64,000 nt of DNA from Octopus vulgaris (lineage: Eukaryota): contig OX597841.1 in the NCBI GenBank assembly GCA_951406725.2, positions 12,400,001 to 12,464,000 on the forward strand, written 5' to 3'. This document shows, piece by piece, positions 58,004-64,000 of this stretch (the stretch's first letter is position 1; every line of letters begins with the position of its first letter). A program made the position numbers and the translations under genes. The notes under the pieces are model-generated. The model saw only the letters and a program-made list of their open reading frames with translations. It was not told where the DNA came from and searched no databases.

Positions 58004-59239
58004 TCAGGTCATCCCGTAAGTTCTGTCTGAATTTTGAATAAAGACAACAAGTGATCAAATGTTATATTTAATTGAAATTTAATCATCAATGTACTTTCCC
58101 TGATTATCTATGACTTCCTTCCATCTATTTACAAGCTTTTTAATCCCATCAATGTAAAACTCTTTTGGTTTCAAAGCTAAGAACTCCTCCTGGCTTGCGA
58201 AAGTTACGTTCCCCAAATGATTCTGTTAACTACGAAACAAATGGTAGTCTGAAGGAGCAAGGTCGGGAGAATAAGGTGGATGAGGAATTTTTTCCCAACC
58301 AAGCTCTTCGATCTTCTATGATGTGATCTTTGCTGTGTGGGGGGGTCGCGCATTGTCCAGATGAAACATCACTCCTTTTCAATTCACTAAAGCGGGTCTT
58401 TTTTTATTCAAAGATTGGTTCAAATACTCTTATTGCTGACAGTAGACGTGAGCATTGATTGTTGCATTTGGTGGTAACAATTCAAAGTGAATTACTCCTT
58501 TGCAATCCCGCCAGATAGAGAGAAGAACCTTTTTCCCATGAAGTTCCCTTCTCAGTTGTGGTTGAGCGTTTTCCTTTTACCAAGCCACTGTTTACGATGT
58601 TTAACATTTCGAATAGAAGATCCATTTTTCATCGCCAGTCACAAGTCTATCCAAAAGGGTGAAATGAGTTCAGAGAATGGAGAGAAGAGCAGATATCAAC
58701 TCGAGATTTGCGGTTATTTCAGACAATTCATGAGGCACCCATTTTCCAATTTTAGGAACCTTTCCAAGTTTGAACTAAGCTTTATTGCCAATTCTTCAAC
58801 TGATAATGCAGAATTTTCTTCAAGTAATGCCTGAAGGAGCTTATCATGAAACTCCACTGGACGTCCTGTTCGATCTTCATCTTCAAAGCTGAAATCTCCA
58901 CTCCTGAATTTTGCAAACCATCTTCTGCAAGTTCTTTCATTCAAGCATTCTTTCCCATAAACTGAGTGTTATGTTTCGAGTTGCTTCGGCTGCAGAGTTT
59001 CCTTTTTGTACTCATAAAGCATTATGTGCCTCGAATGCTCTTTGGATACTTCCATGTTAGAAAGGGTTTTAAGCAAAGAAATTTTAATTCTATTATTTTG
59101 TAAAATAATATTTAATTAGTTTAAATGTACACAAATGCATAAAAATAATTTTTAATTCCATTAGAGATTCTAAAATACTATTAAATTTCATTCAATTTTA
59201 AAAAAGGTAAAATGGCACTGAACTTATCGGATGACCTGA
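58004..59239 (-). mobile_element. Mariner (DD34D-type) DNA transposon, near full-length, inactivated
   Basis: TIRs TCAGGTCATCCCGTAAGTTC / GAACTTATCGGATGACCTGA; transposase relic 59055-58079 with RRWFAKFRSGDFSFEDEDRTGRP, VPHEL, TGDEKW, DNARP, HPPYSPDLAPSDYHLFRS; frameshifts. Confidence 0.93.
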
Positions 59240-59464
59240 TATATATATATACTCTTTTACTCTTTTACTTGTTTCAGTTATTTGACTGCGGCCATGCTGG
59301 AGCACCGCCTTTAATCGAGCAACTCGACCCCGGGACTTATTCTTTTGTAAGCCCAGTACTTATTTTATCGGTCACATATATAAATATGGATATATAAATA
59401 TATATATGTATATATGTATATATATACATATATATGGATATATAGATATATATATGTGTGTATG

Positions 59465-59515
<51 letters not shown>

Positions 59516-59625
59516 CTATGATCTGGTTCTTGATATGACTGATTCGATTCCCGTCCTGTGGTTCTTGTGTCGTCTATATGGTGTTTCATGTTCTTGTCCA
59601 TGTCTGTAATTATTTTTACTGTTTA

Positions 59626-59685
<60 letters not shown>

Positions 59686-59688
59686 TCT

Positions 59689-59748
<60 letters not shown>

Positions 59749-60907
59749 TTGAATAAATCGCTGAAGCACAAGAAAATCTTCCGAGCGGTATTTTTCCTCT
59801 TTTTACATTGTGTGTTCGAATCCCAGCGAAGTCAGCTTTGCCTTTTATCCTTCCGAAGATCAATATAGTACCAGACAAGTTCTGACCATGGCCGGTCCCT
59901 ATTATCAGATTACCCTCTCCCTTCACCATTTCTGCCCCTGTACGTAAACTAAAATCCATTATTTTAACACACCGTATGCTTCAGTCAAGTGTTAATGTTT
60001 TTTCAAATTACGTATTGCTTATCGCGTGCAATCGAACATGCTTATCGCTTGTTTACTGTTTTCCGTGTGTTTACTGTATTTATCGTTATGTTTAGTGTGT
60101 CAATAAAACACAAGGCTTCTATACATAAAATATAGTTTATATGATTTGGAATGTATAAATTATGTACACATCATTGATACGTGCCTCACGGCATGAATGA
60201 ATCTTGTCATCTACGTGCACATCTACATGTCGCATGTGTGTACGTATGTATGTATGTATGTATGTATGTATGTATGTATGTATGTATGTATGCATGTATG
60301 TATGTGTAAGTTACTATATGTGGGCTTTGTATACATATGTATATATATATATATCTTTACTACCCACAAGGGGCTAAACATAGAGAGGACGAACAAGGAC
60401 AGACAAACGGATTAAGTCGATTACATCGACCCCAGTGCGAATCTGGTACTTTTATTTATCGACCCCGAAAGGATGAAAGGCAAAGTCGACCTCGGCGGAA
60501 TTTGAACTCAGAACGTAACGACAGACGAAATACCGCTAAGCATTTCGCCCGGTGCGCTAACGTGTCTGTGTGTCTGTGTGTGTGTGTGTGTGCATACACA
60601 CATATTTTTATGGGTGATACCTTGCATGACCAAAGTCGTAGTAAGGGTCAATCGATAGCGTTGGATGAAGAGAATTGACAAGTGGCCTGATGTTGATGGA
60701 ACCGAAAGATCCAAGACATCCCCATTTTCGCCTGAAAATCGCTGATGATATGTCACTGAGCATCCCTGAGATGCACGTTAGAACTCTCTCTCTTCCCTTT
60801 CCCTCTCTCTCTCTCTTTACCTTTCTCATTTATATATATATATATATATGTGCGTATGGTGTGTGTCGGTATGTGTGTGTGTGTGTGTGTGTGTATGGTG
60901 TTTTTTT

Positions 60908-61116
60908 TTATCTAGTTTCAGCTCACAAGCTGTGGCCATGCTGGGGCACCGCCATTTGGTGTTGCTACATGATTTTACTTCACGAATGTTTTTTATCAAC
61001 TACCATTTGGTGCATGAGAGAGTTCGATGCAGTTGCCCTCATCTGCACCTCCTGTCGTGAAGTTGGTTCATCTGGGACACCTGACAGGAAGAGATCCAGT
61101 TTTATTTTAAAGACGA
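60908..61116 (-). mobile_element. CR1/L2-group LINE 3' end
   Basis: Minus: VFKIKLDLFLSGVPDEPTSRQEVQMRATASNSLMHQ followed by a 3' UTR ending GGCGGTGCCCCAGCATGGCCACAGCTTGTGAGCTGAAACTAGAT(A)n. Confidence 0.8.
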
Positions 61117-61202
61117 GTACATAGGTACAAAACAAATGGAAAAAATAGCAACCAAATGCTAAAAGTGGATTGAAATATTATTTCTTTGTAGCTGAGAAAA
61201 GT

Positions 61203-61241
61203 CCTTGGCCCGGAGTTTCTCGTAATCGTTCGTCAGGCAGT
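61203..61241 (-). ncRNA. Degenerate minimal hammerhead related to 26751
   Basis: Minus: CTGC-CTGACGA-ACG ATTA CGA-GAAA-CTCCGGG-CC; core intact, cleavage triplet mutated. Confidence 0.5.
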
Positions 61242-61361
61242 TGTGACTATTATGGACAATTTGTAATTTATAAATATTTTTTAAGTATTCATCATGTTTA
61301 AGTACTCAGGATGTTTTATCGATGTTTCAATACAAAAGTTCACACCAAGAAATCAAACACT

Positions 61362-61445
<84 letters not shown>

Positions 61446-61539
61446 TCTTAAACGGAATATTATTGATAGTGACTTCCAAGTTTTGCCAAATTAATCTATC
61501 GCCGAACCAAACTTCGAAGTTACTATCATCACATGGTTC

Positions 61540-61670
61540 GTAGGCTTCAACCACATGTTTCGGTTCAGCACTGCGTGGCACCTTGGGCAAGTGTCTTCTG
61601 CTATAGCCTCGGGCCGACCAAAGCCTTGTGAGTGGATTTGGTAGACGGAAACTGAAAGAAGCCCAGCGTA

Positions 61671-61730
<60 letters not shown>

Positions 61731-61952
61731 GTGTGTGTGTGTTTGTGTGTCTGTGTTTGTCCCCTTAGCATTGCTTGACAACCGATGCTGGTGTGTGTAC
61801 GTCCCCGTCACTTAGCGGTTCGGCAAAGAGACCGATAGAATAAGTACTGGGCTTACAAAAAAAATAAGTCCCGGGGTCGAGTTGCTCGATTAAAGGCGGT
61901 GCTGCAGCATGGCCACAGTCAAATGACTGAAACAAGTAGAAGAGTAAAGAGA
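61540..61952 (+). mobile_element. CORE-like SINE, near full length
   Basis: Matches 2686-3080. Confidence 0.9.
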
Positions 61953-62560
61953 GTAATAATGTACTCTACAAAAGTACACAATAACCCATCAGATTAATGT
62001 TACATTGTTTTTATTATTACTAAATACATAAACAAGCAATCATCATGTATATATATGTGTATGTGTGTGTGTGTGTGTAAGTGCATATACGCACACACAC
62101 ACATATATCTACATATACACACACATTAACTCCTCCCCCAACACACACACACACACACACGCATATTCAGAATGAGGTCGTCACTCCTTCTCCAGTTGTT
62201 GATTTAATTCATGCTTTTATTTAACCCCAGGCCATCACTTATCCTGTGGATCAACGATTAAAAGAATTCCAACCATGACCATCCTATTTTATTCTACATC
62301 AATGTCTAATCATCTAATTTAATAGCCTTCTTTTTATATATCGATGTGATTTGACTGCCATTTCTACCTGGGCGGACGACCATCTCAAGCTGCTGCTGCT
62401 GCTGCTGTTGTTGTTGTTGTTGTTGTTGTTGTCGAACACTCCAGAAGGTGGTTTCCGAAAACAAACTCAAGTATTTTGGGGAAAAATCTATTTGACACGG
62501 AAAATTCCTCCTTGTTTATTATTTGAGGCTTTCCGTACTTTACATGGCCGAATATCGCTG

Positions 62561-62782
62561 CCATCACCACCACCACCACCACCACCACCACCTTCTTCTT
62601 CTTCTTCTTCTTCTTCTTCTTCTTCTTCTTCTTCTTCTTCTTCTTCTTCTTCTTCTTCTTCTTCTTCTTCTTCTTCTTCTTCTTCTTCTTCTTCTTCTTC
62701 TTCTTCTTCTTCTTCTTCTTCTTCTTCTTCTTCTTCTTCTTCTTCTTCTTCTTCTTCTTCTTCTTCTTCTTCTTCTTCTTCT
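62561..62782. repeat. (CCA)n followed by long pure (CTT)n
   Basis: Directly visible. Confidence 0.97.
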
Positions 62783-63500
62783 CGTCAATTATCGTCATTT
62801 CGTCTGATACATTTTCTGGACTCACACATTAAACATTTAAATATAAAGTTATATGTATGAATGTATGTGTGAATGTATGAATGTATGTGTGAATGTATGT
62901 ATGTATGTGTATGTATGTATGTACGTATGTATGTGTGTATGTATATATGTATGTATGTGTGTGTATGTATGTATGTGTGTATGTATGTATGTGTGTATGT
63001 ATGTATGTATGTGTGTGTATATATATGTATGTGTGTGTATGTATGTATGTATGTATGTGTGTATGTACGTATGTATGTGTGTATGTATGTATGTATGTAT
63101 GTGTGTGTATGTGTGTATGTATGTATGTATGTGTGTATGTATGTATGTATGTATGTGTGTGTATATATGTATGTGTGTGTATGTACGTATGTATGTGTGT
63201 ATGTACGTATGTATGTGTGTATGTATGTATGTGTGTGTATATATGTATGTGTGTGTATGTATGTATGTATGTCTGTATGTATGTATGTATGTATGTATGT
63301 ATGTGTGTATGTAAGGGCTTTTCGGTCTTTCTTAGGATCTTGGGGCACGAAGAACTATCGTCTACCAATAATACTTAAACATGCAAACGTTCAAATTCTC
63401 GGTGCAATGGCTCTCCCAAGACACAACAAAACTTGCTTCAACACACGAATTCACATCAAGAATCTTGCAAACCAAATACAATAGCGAAACTATATATACA

Positions 63501-63557
<57 letters not shown>

Positions 63558-63562
63558 GTATG

Positions 63563-63592
<30 letters not shown>

Positions 63593-63593
<1 letters not shown>

Positions 63594-64000
63594 TGAGTCA
63601 TCCCATAAATAATGCGGTTTTTTTATTCTTTAATTTTTCAAAATTAAGATAAACAAATTTCTTTTTTAATCCAAAATAGATTCTCCCTCATTTTCTACAA
63701 TGCACTTCCATTTATCTGTCGGGTAGACTTGCAAGGTCCCTCTTCCAAAATTTACTCGTCCCCCACGAAGATTACTCCTCCTGTATTGTTCTCACCTCGT
63801 CTACAAAATTCATATTTTTCCGTCCAAATGATTTTGAAGGCTGCGGAATAAATGATAACGAGATGGGGGCAATGTCCAGCGAATATGTTGGCTGGGGCAT
63901 AAAATGCAAAATATATTCTTTTTCTCTAGATCTGGGAGGCATAATTCGCCCCTACTTTTTATTCTCAGTATTTAAGCTATGGTGTAGTACATGTGCTGCG
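63593..64000 (-). mobile_element. Second mariner relic (transposase 3' end), runs off window
   Basis: TIR-like TTGAGTCATCCCATAA after TA; minus frames MPQPTYSLDIAP / YHLFRSLQNHLDG / DKWKCIVENEG. Confidence 0.85.

Overview
Eukaryotic, repeat-saturated intronic/intergenic DNA, most likely from an octopus (inferred from the two dominant tRNA-derived SINE families and the very high microsatellite load). No host protein-coding gene could be supported; almost all long ORFs in the track are microsatellite artefacts. Recognisable content: one young 5'-truncated Penelope-like element (RT + GIY-YIG), Tx1/L1-type LINE copies inserted in (TATC)n, RTE LINE fragments (one with a 5' inversion), R4/Dong-type RLE fragments, a CR1/L2-type LINE 3' end whose tail matches the CORE-like SINE tail, two mariner relics, a Tigger-like MITE, non-autonomous Helitron-like elements and dozens of SINEs. 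The main hidden signal is a swarm of short (about 100-500 bp), mutually divergent elements, mostly embedded in (TA)n tracts, carrying type I hammerhead ribozyme motifs with palindromic stem III: about ten complete or near-complete copies plus partial ones in 64 kb. They include compensatory core variants (G3-C8, U3-A8) and an extended-stem-II class with a poly(A)-signal hexamer 17-25 nt upstream of the self-cleavage site. Several local inverted duplications and motif-rich unique islands (ETS/YY1/CTCF/CCAAT-like) are also present. All calls were made by eye; element boundaries are approximate and family names need database confirmation.
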